Source of the DNA: Nitrospirota bacterium
GTDB lineage: Bacteria; Nitrospirota; UBA9217
Assembly (NCBI GenBank): GCA_963751455.1
Contig: CAVVUN010000012.1
Location: forward strand, 384,001 to 448,000
DNA: 64,000 nucleotides
Direction of reading: 5' to 3'
In this document: positions 1-12,712 of the stretch, in pieces
Layout: every line of letters begins with the position of its first letter
Numbering within the stretch: position 1 is the stretch's first letter
The notes under the pieces: generated by a model
Told to the model about the DNA's origin: nothing
Seen by the model: only the letters and a program-made list of their open reading frames with translations
Database searches by the model: none
Program-made: the position numbers and the translations under genes

Positions 1-735
1 CGCCTGTACTTTTTCGGTCATTGCGTTAAATGCTTTCGACAGGTCGGCAAATTCGTCATTGCCTGTGATGTCGATCCTGTGATCGAGGTTTCCCGCTCCT
101 ATGATCGAGGCCCCGTCCTGGAGCCGCTCTATGCGGTGCGTCATAGTCCGGCCCATAATCCACGAATTGATTATTGCCGCCGCGGCTGCAATGGTAATTA
201 AAATGATAATGCCGCAGCCTGCCAGTCTGAGGGAGGAAAAGAGGTGTTTTTGGGCGACCTCACGCAGCGTGCGTACGTACAAAACCTTATCATACAGCCG
301 CATTTCCAACTGGCTAATCAGTCTGTTTTCGGTCTCCCGGGAGAGGGCAATTGACTTTTCGCCGGACTTTGCCTTTTCACGGTTTTCCACGACGGCTGAA
401 AATAGTTTACCGGTGGATTCCTGATCTTTGATCATCTTGTCTATGACTGCTTTGTCTTCAGCATCCTTGAACTTTTCCGCGGCAGCCTTCAGGAGCGTCC
501 CGATCTGTTCGTGCCTGACAAACCACTGAACTTTTGCCCGTTCACTGTTGTTCCGCAGATAATCGTCTCTCAACGCACTTCTGTCAAATGCGCTGCTCAG
601 TATCTCGCCTGAGATTTCCAATTCCTGCACGGTATGTTTAACCTGATCTAAAGCCAGGAAAAGCACGAGGCCTATGACAACAGCCGTGATCACCGAAACG
701 GCGACGTTTATTTGAAATCTTTTCTTTATCTGCAT
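1..735 (-). CDS. Membrane-anchored HAMP-domain sensor protein, N-terminal part (runs off the window start)
   Basis: Read manually: ATG at 735 gives MQIKKRFQINVAVSVITAVVIGLVLFLAL (TM helix), a periplasmic region, a second TM, then a HAMP-like ...GAGNLDHRIDITGNDEFADLSKAFNAMTEKVQA at the edge. Absent from the ORF track because it has no stop in the window. Confidence 0.8.
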   Translation of the reverse strand, partial: MQIKKRFQINVAVSVITAVVIGLVLFLALDQVKHTVQELEISGEILSSAFDRSALRDDYLRNNSERAKVQWFVRHEQIGTLLKAAAEKFKDAEDKAVIDKMIKDQESTGKLFSAVVENREKAKSGEKSIALSRETENRLISQLEMRLYDKVLYVRTLREVAQKHLFSSLRLAGCGIIILITIAAAAAIINSWIMGRTMTHRIERLQDGASIIGAGNLDHRIDITGNDEFADLSKAFNAMTEKVQA

Positions 736-921
736 AACTCGACCCCTACCTCAGTATCGTTACCACATCCGGTCTGATCGACTCCAGCCCGTCAATGTAA
801 ATAAAATCAAGATAACAGCACCGGTAACATAACGCCTTCACTGCGTCGCCGACAATACGGCAAAGGTATGATCATCATCCGCTTTCTAATTTGCCGCCTT
901 ACCTGAGTTAAAGAGGTATCT

Positions 922-3900
922 TTATCGGGGCGAGACCAGCTCCTTGAACTTCTCCGCGGGCAGCGGCCTGCTGAACAGAAAGCCCTGCGCTTCGTCGCAA
1001 TCCGAATTGCGCAGAAACGCGAGCTGCTCCTCGGTCTCTACTCCCTCGGCGAGCACCTTGATCCTCATAGCATGCGCCATGACGGTAACCGCGCTGATGA
1101 TGGCGCGGTCGTCGGGATCAATGACGATATCCTTTATGAACGATTGGTCGATCTTGAGCTTTTGAATAGGGAGCCGTTTCAGGTAATTCAATGATGAGTA
1201 GCCTGTTCCGAAATCATCTATGGAAGAATGGACCCCCATTTTTACAAGCTCACTCAAACGGCTTATGGTACGTTCGATATTGCTCATCGCCAGGGTCTCC
1301 GTTATCTCCACATCCAGGCATTCCGGAGGGGCGCCGGTCTGTTGCAGTATGCTTAAAATCTTATCGGCTAATTCGGGATTCTGAAACTCCCGCGCGGAGA
1401 GATTCACGGTAACGCAGACCGGAGACAAACCCGCGTCCAGCCACGACCTGACCTGAGTACAGGCGGTCTTAAGCACATGTTCATCGATTGCGGTAATAAA
1501 CCCGGTGTCTTCCGCCGCAGGGATGAAGCGCTTCGGATCAAGTAGACCCATCTCCGGATGGCGCCAGCGCACGAGCGCTTCGGCACAGATGATCTTTCCG
1601 GAGCTGATGTCGATCTGCGGCTGGTAATACACTATCAGCTCTCCTCGTTCAAGGGTCTGACGCAGACTGCCTTCAAGCCTGATCCTTTCAACCGACCGGC
1701 GATTAATATCGGGATTATAGAAATAATAGGCGTTTTTGCCGAGATCTTTCGCCTGGTACAAGGCAATATCCGCGTATCTGAAAAGCGTATCTGTTTCCTC
1801 GCTGTCATCAGGATAGATGCTGACCCCGATGCTGGTGGTGATGTGCAGCTCCTGACCCGCGACCGGGAAGGGACGCCGAAAGGAATCCATTATCTTCCGC
1901 ATAGTAACGGTAATATCGTTCGCGCGGACAATATCGGAAAGGATAAGATTGAATTCATCCCCGCCGATGCGGGCGACGGTATCCGAAGCCCTGATGCAGG
2001 CTTTGATCCGGGTCGCGACTTCCTTGAGCAGCTCGTCCCCCGCGTCGTGGCCCAGGGTGTCGTTCACTTCCTTGAAACGGTCGAGGTCCAGAAACAGGAC
2101 CGCCAGTTTTGTCCGATTGCGCCGCGCCTGTGCAACCTCAATTTCAATGATATCCATGTAAAAACGCCTGTTCGGCAGACCGGTCAGGGCATCGTGATGC
2201 GCCATATGCCTGATTTCCTCTTCCATTTTTTTTCTTTCCGAGATGTCCGTGGAAATCCCCGCAATGCCGTAGGCGCGTCCCGAAGCATCGAAAAGAGGGG
2301 ACTTTACCGAGGTGTATATGTGAAGACCGTCAGCTTGCGGAACAACTTCCTCAAATTCAATCGGCGCTCGGCTCTCGATTACTTTCCGGTTATTGATCAG
2401 CATCGAAGCTGCAATTTCACGGGGAAACAGGTCATGCAGGGACGTGCCTGCTATTCTCTCGCTCGTTACATTGAATAGTTCTTCGAAGCGCCGGTTGATG
2501 TGGATGAAGCGGCCGTCTGCATCGACCATATATACTACAGCGGGCGTATTGTTCAGGATTACGCTCAGCTTGCCTTCGCTTTCGCGAAGCGCATTTTCGA
2601 TGAGCATCCGATGGAGCAGGGTTTCGGTTTCAGCCGCCAATATCTCGAAAGTTTGTATATCGACCCTTGCGGGCTTCTCGATCCGGGTGGAGCCTAGATT
2701 CAGGAATCCGAACGTCTCTTCTCTGACGCGCAAAGGTATCGAGAATGCATGACGCATACCGTGCATTCTGAAGAGCTCACGCATATCGTCGAACTCTTCA
2801 ACTAAATCTATCAGCTCTTTCTGTTCCAGAACCGCCTTGACTATCGGCCGGTCCATGGGCACCTGCTCCACATCACGGATAAATGCCGCGGGCAGGCCCT
2901 TATGGTATCGAAGAACAGCGGACCCCTTTTCAACGAGGTATACCCCGCCTCCTTCCATGCCGGTAAGCCGTAACGCGGCAGCAAGAAGCTGCTGTAAAGC
3001 ATCCTCAAAAGTCCTGCTGTTGCTTATGGCTACCATGACTTTCTGCAGTTGCTCACCGGTGTCGGCTGCCCGCTTCAGCGCCTCTTCCGCCCGCTTCCGC
3101 TCGCTGATGTCCACGCTGTAAGCCCAGTCGTACTCTCTCCCCCCGAACGAGACATAATTGGCCGATATCTCCACCGTGATCAACGTGCCGTCTTTTTTCC
3201 GGTGCAGGCTTTCGAAGCGCACACTGCCTTTTTTCTTGAGACTTCCCCACATGTCGGCCCATGCGGACATGGGAACATTAGGGTCCAGGTCCGGAATGGT
3301 CATTGCCAGCAATTCTTCCTGAGAATATCCAAGGGAGCGGCATGCGTGATCGTTCACATACAGGATGCGGGCGTCTTTTCCGATGAGGAAAGCGGAAACC
3401 GAGGCGTGGTCAACCGAGAACTTTGTCAGTTGCAGGGTTTCTTCGGCCTTTTTGCGTCCGCTTATGTCGCGGACGATCCCCGAAGCATGCCAGGTGTTCC
3501 CGAGCTTGAAGGACGTTACGGACAACTCGATGGGGAATCTCGTGCCGTCCTTTTTTGTGGCGTTTAACTCAAGTGCCTTGCCGATTACTTTGCACTCACC
3601 CGACTTCTCGAAAACCGGAAGCCGGTCATAGTATTCCTGCCTGGCTTGCTCCGAGACCAGGAACGTATGGAGCTGCCTGCCTACCGTCTCTTCCCGTGTA
3701 TATCCGAACAGCCTTTCAGCCGCGGGGTTCAGATATGAAATTTCCCCTTTTCCGTCAATAATAAAGATTGCATCCAAGGAGGAATGATTCACCGCTTTGA
3801 GAGTCCTATCGCTCTCCTCGACATATTTCTCCGTCTTCAGGCGGTATAATACAAAATAAGTTATAAGCCAGATAACGATTATCCCGAACATCCTGTTGCT

Positions 3901-4137
3901 GAGCGCCACAGAAAGGGGCACGCCCCCCGGGGGAGATAAAACAATATCGAGTAAGAGTAAGAGCGTATAGGCAGAGGCAAGATAAGGAACATAGGCCAGG
4001 TTCATAAAACGCAGGCAAAGAATGAAGGGAAATAAATGGAGTATCCATTCGAAATGACCCAATGGCATCATAAGATCGAAAATAAAAACTCCGATCACGA
4101 CCATTGCCAGAATAATACCGATTATATTTAACTTCAT
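922..4137 (-). CDS. Membrane PAS-PAS-GAF-PAS-GGDEF-EAL protein (diguanylate cyclase/phosphodiesterase)
   Basis: Intact 1071 aa ORF. Hydrophobic N-terminus, PAS motifs, RASD I-site, GGDEF, AEALVRW, DDFGTGYSS, AEGVET. Confidence 0.93.
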   Translation of the reverse strand: MKLNIIGIILAMVVIGVFIFDLMMPLGHFEWILHLFPFILCLRFMNLAYVPYLASAYTLLLLLDIVLSPPGGVPLSVALSNRMFGIIVIWLITYFVLYRLKTEKYVEESDRTLKAVNHSSLDAIFIIDGKGEISYLNPAAERLFGYTREETVGRQLHTFLVSEQARQEYYDRLPVFEKSGECKVIGKALELNATKKDGTRFPIELSVTSFKLGNTWHASGIVRDISGRKKAEETLQLTKFSVDHASVSAFLIGKDARILYVNDHACRSLGYSQEELLAMTIPDLDPNVPMSAWADMWGSLKKKGSVRFESLHRKKDGTLITVEISANYVSFGGREYDWAYSVDISERKRAEEALKRAADTGEQLQKVMVAISNSRTFEDALQQLLAAALRLTGMEGGGVYLVEKGSAVLRYHKGLPAAFIRDVEQVPMDRPIVKAVLEQKELIDLVEEFDDMRELFRMHGMRHAFSIPLRVREETFGFLNLGSTRIEKPARVDIQTFEILAAETETLLHRMLIENALRESEGKLSVILNNTPAVVYMVDADGRFIHINRRFEELFNVTSERIAGTSLHDLFPREIAASMLINNRKVIESRAPIEFEEVVPQADGLHIYTSVKSPLFDASGRAYGIAGISTDISERKKMEEEIRHMAHHDALTGLPNRRFYMDIIEIEVAQARRNRTKLAVLFLDLDRFKEVNDTLGHDAGDELLKEVATRIKACIRASDTVARIGGDEFNLILSDIVRANDITVTMRKIMDSFRRPFPVAGQELHITTSIGVSIYPDDSEETDTLFRYADIALYQAKDLGKNAYYFYNPDINRRSVERIRLEGSLRQTLERGELIVYYQPQIDISSGKIICAEALVRWRHPEMGLLDPKRFIPAAEDTGFITAIDEHVLKTACTQVRSWLDAGLSPVCVTVNLSAREFQNPELADKILSILQQTGAPPECLDVEITETLAMSNIERTISRLSELVKMGVHSSIDDFGTGYSSLNYLKRLPIQKLKIDQSFIKDIVIDPDDRAIISAVTVMAHAMRIKVLAEGVETEEQLAFLRNSDCDEAQGFLFSRPLPAEKFKELVSPR

Positions 4138-4254
4138 TTTCTCACGAACCTTTCCGGCAAGTTCCTCGCAGGATCACCCTCAGGACAAAAGAGGTTATCT
4201 TGGCAAGCTCAGGCGCTTGTCGGGAGCTGAATGTCCATTAAATGTTAAATGTCA

Positions 4255-4328
4255 GCCACGAATTAACACTAATTCCCACGATAAAGACTTGGTTTTGGAT
4301 GCCTTCGCGTCCATTCGTGACCATTCAG
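4255..4328. repeat. Degenerate REP-like palindromic element (gccacgaattaacactaatt...ttcgcgtccattcgtgacc)
   Basis: Imperfect inverted arms built from ~9-nt units, lying between two GGDEF-EAL genes. Confidence 0.4.
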
Positions 4329-4370
4329 GCACCGCCCACCCCAGGTTTGGCAAATAATACTCTGCCGGTA

Positions 4371-7300
4371 CTATCCCGTGGCTACCAGCTCCCTGAACTT
4401 ATCCGCGGTCACCGGCCTGCTGAACAGAAATCCCTGAGCCTCATCGCAATCCGAATCGCGCAGAAACGCAAGCTGCTCCTCGGTCTCGACTCCTTCGGCC
4501 ACGGTTCGCATTCCCATCTTATGCGCCATCGACGTGACCGCGCTTATGATCGCCCGGTCATCCTGGTCCGTCACAATATCGCGAATAAATGATTTATCTA
4601 TCTTAAGGCGTTCAATCGGGAATTTTTTAAGATAATTAAGCGATGAATAGCCGGTGCCGAAATCATCGATCGAAATATGCACTCCCATTTCCCGCAGTTC
4701 GCGCAATTGCGAGGCGCTCCGCTCTACATCTCTCATTGCCGTGCTTTCGGTCACTTCGAGGTCGAGGCAACCCGGAGACGTTCCGGTTTCCCGGAGGATC
4801 GTGGAAATCATGGCGACCAGGTCCGGGCTCTCGAACTGGCGGGCGGAAAGGTTCACGGTAACACAAAAGGTGTCGAGGCCCGCCTTCTTCCACGCGGCTG
4901 CCTGGCTGCAGACCGTCTTCAGCACCCATTCGTCTATCGACGTTATGAACCCGGTCTCTTCCGCGAGGGGTATGAACTCCTTCGGCTCAAGCATTCCTCT
5001 GTGCGGGTGGTTCCATCTCACCAGCGCCTCGGCATACCATATTTTGTTCGATTTAATATCGATCTGGGGCTGGTACAGCACGGACAGTTCGCCGCGCTTT
5101 ATCGTTTGGCGGAGAAAGCTCTCCAGTTTCATCTGCTCGAGCGAGCGGATGTTGATCGAGGGATTATAGAACCGGAAGGTGTTTCTGCCGCTTTCCTTCG
5201 CATGGTACATGGCGATATCCGCATACCTGAGAAGGGTTTCGATCTCGTCGCTGTCGTCCGGGTAGATGCTGATGCCGACGCTGGTCGTTACATGCAGCAG
5301 GTGGCCGTCAATGTCAGATCGGCTCGTGGAGAGAATTGACGATCTTGAGCGCGATCTCGCTCACATCTTCCGAACGGGCAATATCGGAAAGGATCATGTT
5401 GAATTCGTCCCCGCCGATCCTCGCGACGGTATCGGCTTCGCGGATTGTTAGCCTGAAGCGCGACGCAGCCTGCTTCAGCAGCCGGTCCCCGGCCTCATGG
5501 CCGAGCGTATCGTTGATCTCCTTGAAGCGATCGAGATCGAGAAACAGGATTGCAAGCTTCGTCCTGTGCCTGCGTGCCTGCGCAAGTTCGACATTCAGGA
5601 TGTCTATGAACAACCGCCTGTTGGGGAGCCCGGTCAGGGCGTCGTGCTGCGCCATGTGCCGTATCTGTTCTTCCATGCGCTTGCGTTCTGTCACGTCCCG
5701 CGCGATTCCTGCCGTGCCTGTGACCTCGCCTTTATCATTATAAATCGGCGTCTTGATCGACTCGATCCACCTGCCTTCTCCGACTGCAAGGGGCTCTTCA
5801 ACGCGTTTCTGAGCCCGGCTTTTCATGACTTCACGGTCGTCAGCCCTGTACCGCTCCGCCAGCTCTTTGGGCCATACGTCCAGATCGGTTTTTCCGATCA
5901 GGTCCTCGGGTTTGTTCCCGGTTGCTCTGGCCATGGGCTCGTTCACAACAATAAAACGGCTTTCCCTGTCCTTGAGCCACACCATATCGGGAATGCTGTT
6001 TACAATCGCCTTTAACAGGCGCTCACTCGTCCGGAGCGCCTGATACAACTCGGCATTCTCCAGGGCGAGCGAAACGGAGGCAGAGAGTTTCCTCGCGAAA
6101 TCGATACGTTCCTCCTCGAACTCGATCCGCCGTGAAAGGCCGTAAAAAGCAATGGCCCCGGCAATCCTCTTTGTCGTGATCAGGGGAGACACGAGCAGGG
6201 AACGAATTCCCATTTCCTTTACAAAAGGAATATTAAGCCGTTCATCATTGGCTGCGTCATTGAAGGCGACAGTATCTCTAACCTGGGCCACATACTGCAT
6301 GGCCCTCAGTTCGTCGGACGCAAGCCTTCGCCTTGAAAATTCCTCGGGCATGTTGTAGACGCGGCGAACATGAAAAATCCCGTCTTCATACAGCCCGATC
6401 AATGTCCCGTCGACTTTCATGACCCGGGCCGCCTCTTGTACGACCCGCTGCATGATCTCGTCGAAATCGAGCGTTGAGTGGATCACGGTCCCGAGACGAT
6501 TAAGAGCGTCGCTCAATTCCTTTGACTTCCGGATCAGCTCCACGGCCTTCTGCCGCTCGGTAATTTCCATCCGAAGCTCATCATTTATTTTTGCCAGCTG
6601 TTGCGTGCGTTCCCGGACTTTCGCTTCCAATTCCGCGTATGCCTGTTTGAGGATGTTCTCCGCTTGCTTGCGTCCGGTAATGTCCACGCCGAACGCGACG
6701 TTGTATTCCCGTCCTCCGAATGACAAATAGTTCAGGGACATCTGGACCGGGACGAATGTCCCGTTCTTTTTCCGGTGCTGCGTTTCAAAGTGAAGGTTTC
6801 CTTCCTTCTTGAGCTGCGCCCAGTGATCGTCCCATTTTGAAAGCGGGTAATCGGGATCCAGGTCGTATACCGCCATGGACAGCAGCTCTTCGCGGGAATA
6901 CCCGAGCGTACGGCATGCCTGTTCGTTCACATACTGGAAGCGCGCGTCGTGTCCCACTAAATAAGCGCATACGGACGCGTGGTCCATGGAGAACTGCGTC
7001 AGTCTCAGACTCTCTTCCGCCTGCTTGCGTTCGGATATGTCCCGGACGCTTGCAAGTATCCGGTCCCTGCCTTTGAGCGGAACCCGCCGCAAGTTCACCT
7101 CGACCGGGAAGATTTTGCCTGTTTTGCTCCTGGCCAGCCACTCAAACGTCTGAGGCTCCCCTGCTGCCGCCCGGTGCAGGATTGCAAGCGCATCGGCGTT
7201 CGTATATCCGGGAGACCCGGCGCTCAAGGAACCCACATCAAGGCCCTGTATTTCATCGACTTCATATTCATAAAGGTCTTCGAATTTCCGGTTTACCTCC

Positions 7301-7770
7301 AGGATCCGGCCTGTTTTTATATCATGAACGAAAATAGCGTCATGGACGGAGTTGAAAATCATTCGAAAGCTTTCTTCTGATTCTTCGAGCTCATGCTGGA
7401 CGCGGTTCCGTTCGGTAATATCCCTCATGATTGAGGCATACCCAATGATTTCACCGGCCTGTTTCAGCAGGACCGCTGTCAATTCAATCGGTACGATTCT
7501 GCCGTCTTTTGCGAGCCGCAAAGTCTGGTACTCCGACATCTTGCCTTTCTCGTTCAGCTCGTGTATGCAGTGCTCGATCTCCCGCTGCGCGATATCCGGC
7601 GGTATTATTACTGCAACATTTTTTCCTATCAGTTCATCCTCACGGTATCCGAATATCTCCTCGGCGCCCCTGTTCCATGAACGTATGATCCAATCGGTGT
7701 CCATGATGCAGATGGCGTCGGGGATATTCTGGCAAATTTCGTACAATACATTGGCTTGAATTTTTTTCAT
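4371..7770 (-). CDS. PAS x3-GAF-PAS-GGDEF-EAL protein, one apparent frameshift near 5315
   Basis: ORF 5314-7770 (PAS, GAF, READ-GGDEF) continues in another frame (DIDGHLLHVTTSVGISIYP) into ORF 4371-5210 (EAL, DDFGTGYSS). Removing one base joins them. Confidence 0.88.
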
Positions 7771-8191
7771 GGCTGTTCACCGAAAAAGGGCGCTCTCAGT
7801 CGCGCTTTTTTACTGCAATAAGTCTTTATGCTTCTCCCATCCCCAAATCCTCTTAATATAATTATAATTCCAATCTCATGGCGAATGAATTACACATAAG
7901 GATGAGCCGCACTGTGGCCGGTAGAATTGAGCATCGAACGGGCTATTGATTCGATCTCACGCAGCGGAAAGGTGGACTTCTTCGCTGAGCTCGGAAGTGA
8001 AAGGGTGTTGCCTGGAGAAGGAAAGGACCTGGTCAGTCAGGGTACCGGACTGAAACTGAAAGGAAGGGATTAAATTAGAGCATGAGCCTGATATCGGCAG
8101 TACCTAACAGGCTGTTGAAAAAGTATCTTTAGCCGTCGTTGCGAGCGGACGATTTTCCCAGGAGATAAATTTATTAACTATTTTTAAGCTG

Positions 8192-8522
8192 TTCTCTGTG
8201 CCCTCTGTGTCCTGTGGCAAAATTTCTTCCCATTTTGGGTAAAATTTGATTCGTAACAGATTAACAACGCAAGCCTCAGACCGGTGAAGTAAAACCGGAA
8301 TCTTGACAAAAGCACATTTATCCGCAGATTTCGCAGATGCATGCAGATTTTTAAGAAGAATAAATCGGCGAAAATCTGCGTAATCTGCGGATATAATATC
8401 GACTGCATAAAATCAAAAGCGGTCTCGCGCAAAGACGCCAAGGCGCAAAGACAACCTTAAATCCCTGATCTTGATTTAAAAATAATAAAGAGAGTTCGCC
8501 TTTCTTTGCGGCTTTGCGCGAA
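8192..8522. repeat. Cluster of REP-like elements: ctctgtgccctctgtg half-site (8192-8221), tatccgcagat...atctgcggata palindrome (8319-8393), cgcgcaaag...ctttgcgcg palindrome (8424-8522)
   Basis: Inverted arms of 8-9 nt tandem units flank AT-rich spacers. Relatives occur at 17085, 38631 and 61212. Confidence 0.7.
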
Positions 8523-8586
8523 AATTGATTTTATCTTGGTCTTTCAAACTTGACTCTAAATTTAAGATGTTGGTCCATAAAGTACT

Positions 8587-11500
8587 TTAACGGGTCGAGA
8601 TCAGCTCCGTCATTTTTTCGGCCGGTACCGGCCTGCTGAACAGAAACCCCTGGGCCTCATCGCAGTGGCTTTCCTTCAGGAACGAAAGCTGCTCTTCGGT
8701 TTCAACTCCTTGCGCAATGACCTTTATTTTCAGGGAGTGCGCCATGGCCGTTGCCGCCTCAATTATTGCGCGGTCGTCGCGGTCCACGGCTATGTCCCTG
8801 ATGAACGATCTATCGATCTTCAGCTTTTCCACCGGCATTCTCCTGAGATAATTCAGCGACGAATAGCCGATGCCGAAACCGTCCAGGGAAAAATGAACTC
8901 CCAATTCAGCCAATTTGTCCATTAAGCCCCGCGTGTACTCGACATCGCTCATGGCTATTCTTTCAGAAAGCTCGATATGCAGGAATTCCCCGGGTGTGCC
9001 GGTTTCCTTCAGGATTGATTCTATTTTTTTTACAAGATTGGGGCTCTGAAATTCACGATTGGACAGGTTCACGCTCACACATACCGGGCGAAACCCTGAG
9101 TCCTGCCATGACCGGAGCTGCCTGCAAACGGCGGACAATACCCATTCGTCTATCTCCTTAATGAAGCCGCTCTCCTCGGCCTCGGGTATGAAGTCCTCCG
9201 GAAGAAGCAGTCCTCTTTCAGGATGCCGCCACCGCACAAGCGCCTCTGCGCAAATCACCTTGCCGCTGATGACGTCGATCTGCGGCAGGTAATAGAGGAC
9301 CATTTCCCCGAGTTCGACGCTCCGGCGCAGCATCTGCTCCAGACGCGCTCGTTCTATCGACCGTATATTGATTGAAGGATCGTAGAAGCGATACGTGTTT
9401 CTGCCGCTTTCCTTCGCGTGGTACATGGCCATGTCCGCGTATCTCAGCAGGGTGTCTATTTCCGTTCCATCATCGGGATAGATGCTGATGCCGACACTGG
9501 TCGTTGTTTTCAGTTCGCCGCCGGCGATCATAAACGGCTTCCGGAAGCTGTCCACGATTTTTCTCGCGATGTCGGAAACCGCATCGGAACGGCCGATATC
9601 GGCAAGAATGATGCTGAACTCGTCGCCGCCTATGCGGCCGATGCTGTCCGATTTGCGCAGGGCCGATTTGAGCCGGGATGCAACTTCCTTGAGCAGCTGG
9701 TCCCCTGCCTCGTGGCCGAGCGTATCGTTGATCTCCTTGAAACGGTCCAGATCGAGAAAGAGAATGGCGAGCTTCTTGTGGTTCCGTTCGGCCTGCGCCA
9801 TCTCGATATTCGCAATTTCGTTGAACAGACGCCGGTTCGGCAAACCCGTCAGCATGTCGTGATGCGCCATGTGCCTGATCTCCTCTTCCATCCTTTTCCG
9901 GTCCGTGACGTCCTCCACAATTGCCGAAGTATGAAGCGGTCGGCCGAGTGAGTCGTGCGCTACTGCGGCCCAGACATGCACCCATATTATCCGGCCGTCT
10001 TTTCTGATATATCGTTTCTCGGTTTCATACGTTGGCGCGCCGGGCAAGAGCGTTTTGGCGAATGCCTCCGCGTCCAGCGTTCGGTCTTCGGGATGAGTCA
10101 ACTCGTTGAAGGTCATTGATCTCAGTTCTTCACAAGTGTATCCGGTCATCTCGCAGAACCGCTGGTTGGTTCTGGAAAACCTCATGGTTGCCGGGTCCAA
10201 CTGGGTCGTTCCGACGGCAGCCAGTTCGAAAAACGTCCTGAAACGCTCCTCGCTTTCCTGCAAAGCCTCCTGCGCCTTCACCATGTCGGTAACATCCCAA
10301 TGTATCAGCACTACCTCATGAATTTGGTCCCCCGCGCCTTTAACCGGGTAGATGAAGGCCTTTACCCAGCGGGCACGGCCCGCGTAGTCTATTTCGGACG
10401 GATCATAACCGGTTATCGGTATCTCCGACGCTTCTCCGGCAAAGCCTTTCTGAATATAGAGGCATGATGCCTTTGTCGAGAAGTTGCTTATCATGCAATA
10501 CGTTATAGTCTTTGATCGCATCGAGCTTCAACCCCCACAGCTCTTCCCAGGCATGGTTCACCTCCAGGGTCCGGCCGTCGGGCGCGAATATCTGCATGCT
10601 GATGGAAGATTGCTTGAAGAGATTGCGGAACCTCGATTCGGAGACCCGCAAAGCCTCCTCTGCCTCTTTCCGTTCGGTTATATTTCGCTGGACATGCACG
10701 ACCTGTACGACATTGCCCGGTCTCGTCCCTGATCGGCGACGTGGAAACCTCGACAAATATCTTTTTTCCCTTCCTGTCGTAATGCACGTGGTCAACGGAA
10801 AAGTGGTCTTTCGTCTTTACCGTCTCTATGAACGGGCAGATATCGTCAGGCGCCGAACACATATCGGGCCGGTGATGGGTTATTTCATAACAGTGTTTTC
10901 CTGCTATTTCCGCCTGGTCCGAATATCCGTAGTTTTTAAGAAAGACATTATTCGCTGAAACTATCGTGAAGTCCCGAACGTCGATAAGCGAGATCGCATC
11001 GTTCACGCTGTCGATGATAGTCTTGTTGAGACTATAGGAAAGCCTCAGCTCATTTTCAGCCCGCTTGCGCTCGCTGATGTCAAGGGCGAATCCGATATTG
11101 TACTCCCGCCCTCCGAAGGAGAGATAATTCACCGAGATATCCATCGGGATCAATGCTCCGTCCTTTCTCCGATGCAGGCTCTCGAAATGCAGAAAGCCTT
11201 CCTTTTTGAGCTGCTCCCAATGGTCTCCCCAGCGGGAATGCGGGAAATTGGGATCCAGATCCGGGATAGTCATGGACAAGCAATTCTTCGCGCGAATAGC
11301 CCAGGTCCCGGCATGCCTGCTCGTTCGCATACAGGATTCGCGCATCCCGGGCAACGATAAATGCGGAAACTGAGGCATGGTCCAGTGAGAACTGCGTCAG
11401 TTTCAGTGCTTCTTCAGCCCGGCGCGCTTCCGTTACGTCCTGCGCTGTTCCCCGCATACTGATGATTATGCACCCGCGCTGTTGTATTCAAGCCGAAGCC

Positions 11501-12712
11501 GGGTATAAATAGTCCGGATCGTGCCGTCCGGCCTGATGATCCGGTACTCGTTAAATGTGGTTTCTTTCCGTTCGTTCGCTGCTTCTGCAAGCGATTTCTC
11601 GATGCCGGCCCTGTCTTCCGGGTGCACCAGTTCCATAAATGCTTCATACGTTCCCTTGAATTCGCCGCGCGGGACATTGAAAATACGATAAACTTCATCG
11701 GACCACGTTACCGTGTTTGCTGCGACGTCCCACTCCCAGTTCCCGATTCCCGCTATCTGCTGCGCCTCTTCGAGCTGTCCCTTGGTTCTCCTGATTTCCT
11801 GCTCTGTTCTTTTGCGCTCGGTGATCTCCCGCACAATGGCGAGCAGCCGGGTTTCGCCGCCGATGACCGCCCGCTTCAGGTTGACCTCGACCCAGAACAG
11901 TTCCCCGTTCTTTCTTCTGCTCATCCACTCGAACAGCTGAGGAGGGCCGGCGGCAGCGCGGCGCATCTATTTCGATGGCATCTTGAGCGGTATAGCCGGG
12001 CAGCCCTGAAAAAAGAGACTCATCAATAAACTTGCGAAATTCCCCGTGAGAGTATCCGAACATTTCTTCTGTTTTCCGATTAACGGAAATAACTTCTCCC
12101 GTTTCGATATCATGGACGAAAATGGCATCGTTGACGGATTCGAAAATCTCACGGTAATTCTCTTCGCTTTCTTTAAGGGCCTCTTCCGCCTTTCTGCGCT
12201 CGGTAATATCACTGAAGGTAACCACCGCGCCCCTGATCTCGCCGCCTTCCAGTATAGGCGTGCTGGTATATTCGACCGGGAATTGGGCTCCGTCCTTTCT
12301 GCAGAAACATTCATCATCAACATGCATCACCCTGCCTTTCCGGAAGGCTGCATACGTCCTGCATTCGCTCCTCCGGATAAGGACTTCCATCGGGTCTTAC
12401 ATAGTGGATACAGGAGTGGCTATGCTTGCCTAATAGTTCCCCTTCTTTGTAGCCGAGCATTGCCGCAGCCGCTTTGTTCATGAAGGTGTAATTGCCCTGC
12501 ACATCCAGCCCGAATATTCCCTCGCCTGCGGACTGCAGTATCAGCTCGTACCTGCGGCTGAGCTGTCTGAAACGCTCTTCCGCCCGCTCAAGCTCCTGGA
12601 GTTGCTGCTGGAGCTTCGGGTAATAACTCTTTCTGATGGAACGTTCTCCGAGCCCGATTATTTTTTCCCGCAGCTTATCGAAGTCTTCGGGTTTGTCAGA
12701 GCGCCTGCTCAT
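8587..12712 (-). CDS. ErcS-like N-terminal helix + ~7 PAS + GGDEF + degenerate EAL, split by several apparent frameshifts
   Basis: ATG at 12712 (MSRRSDKPEDFDKLREKIIGLGERSIRKSYYPKLQQQL). Seven consecutive ORF fragments each carry the next PAS segment, ending in RKSD-GGDEF and an EAL with LDGFGIGYSS and AQGVET. Confidence 0.82.

Noticed and set aside
8105-8125. aacaggctgttgaaaaa (similar at ~63543) as an IS terminal repeat
   Set aside because: Single short arms without an inverted partner, target duplication or transposase.
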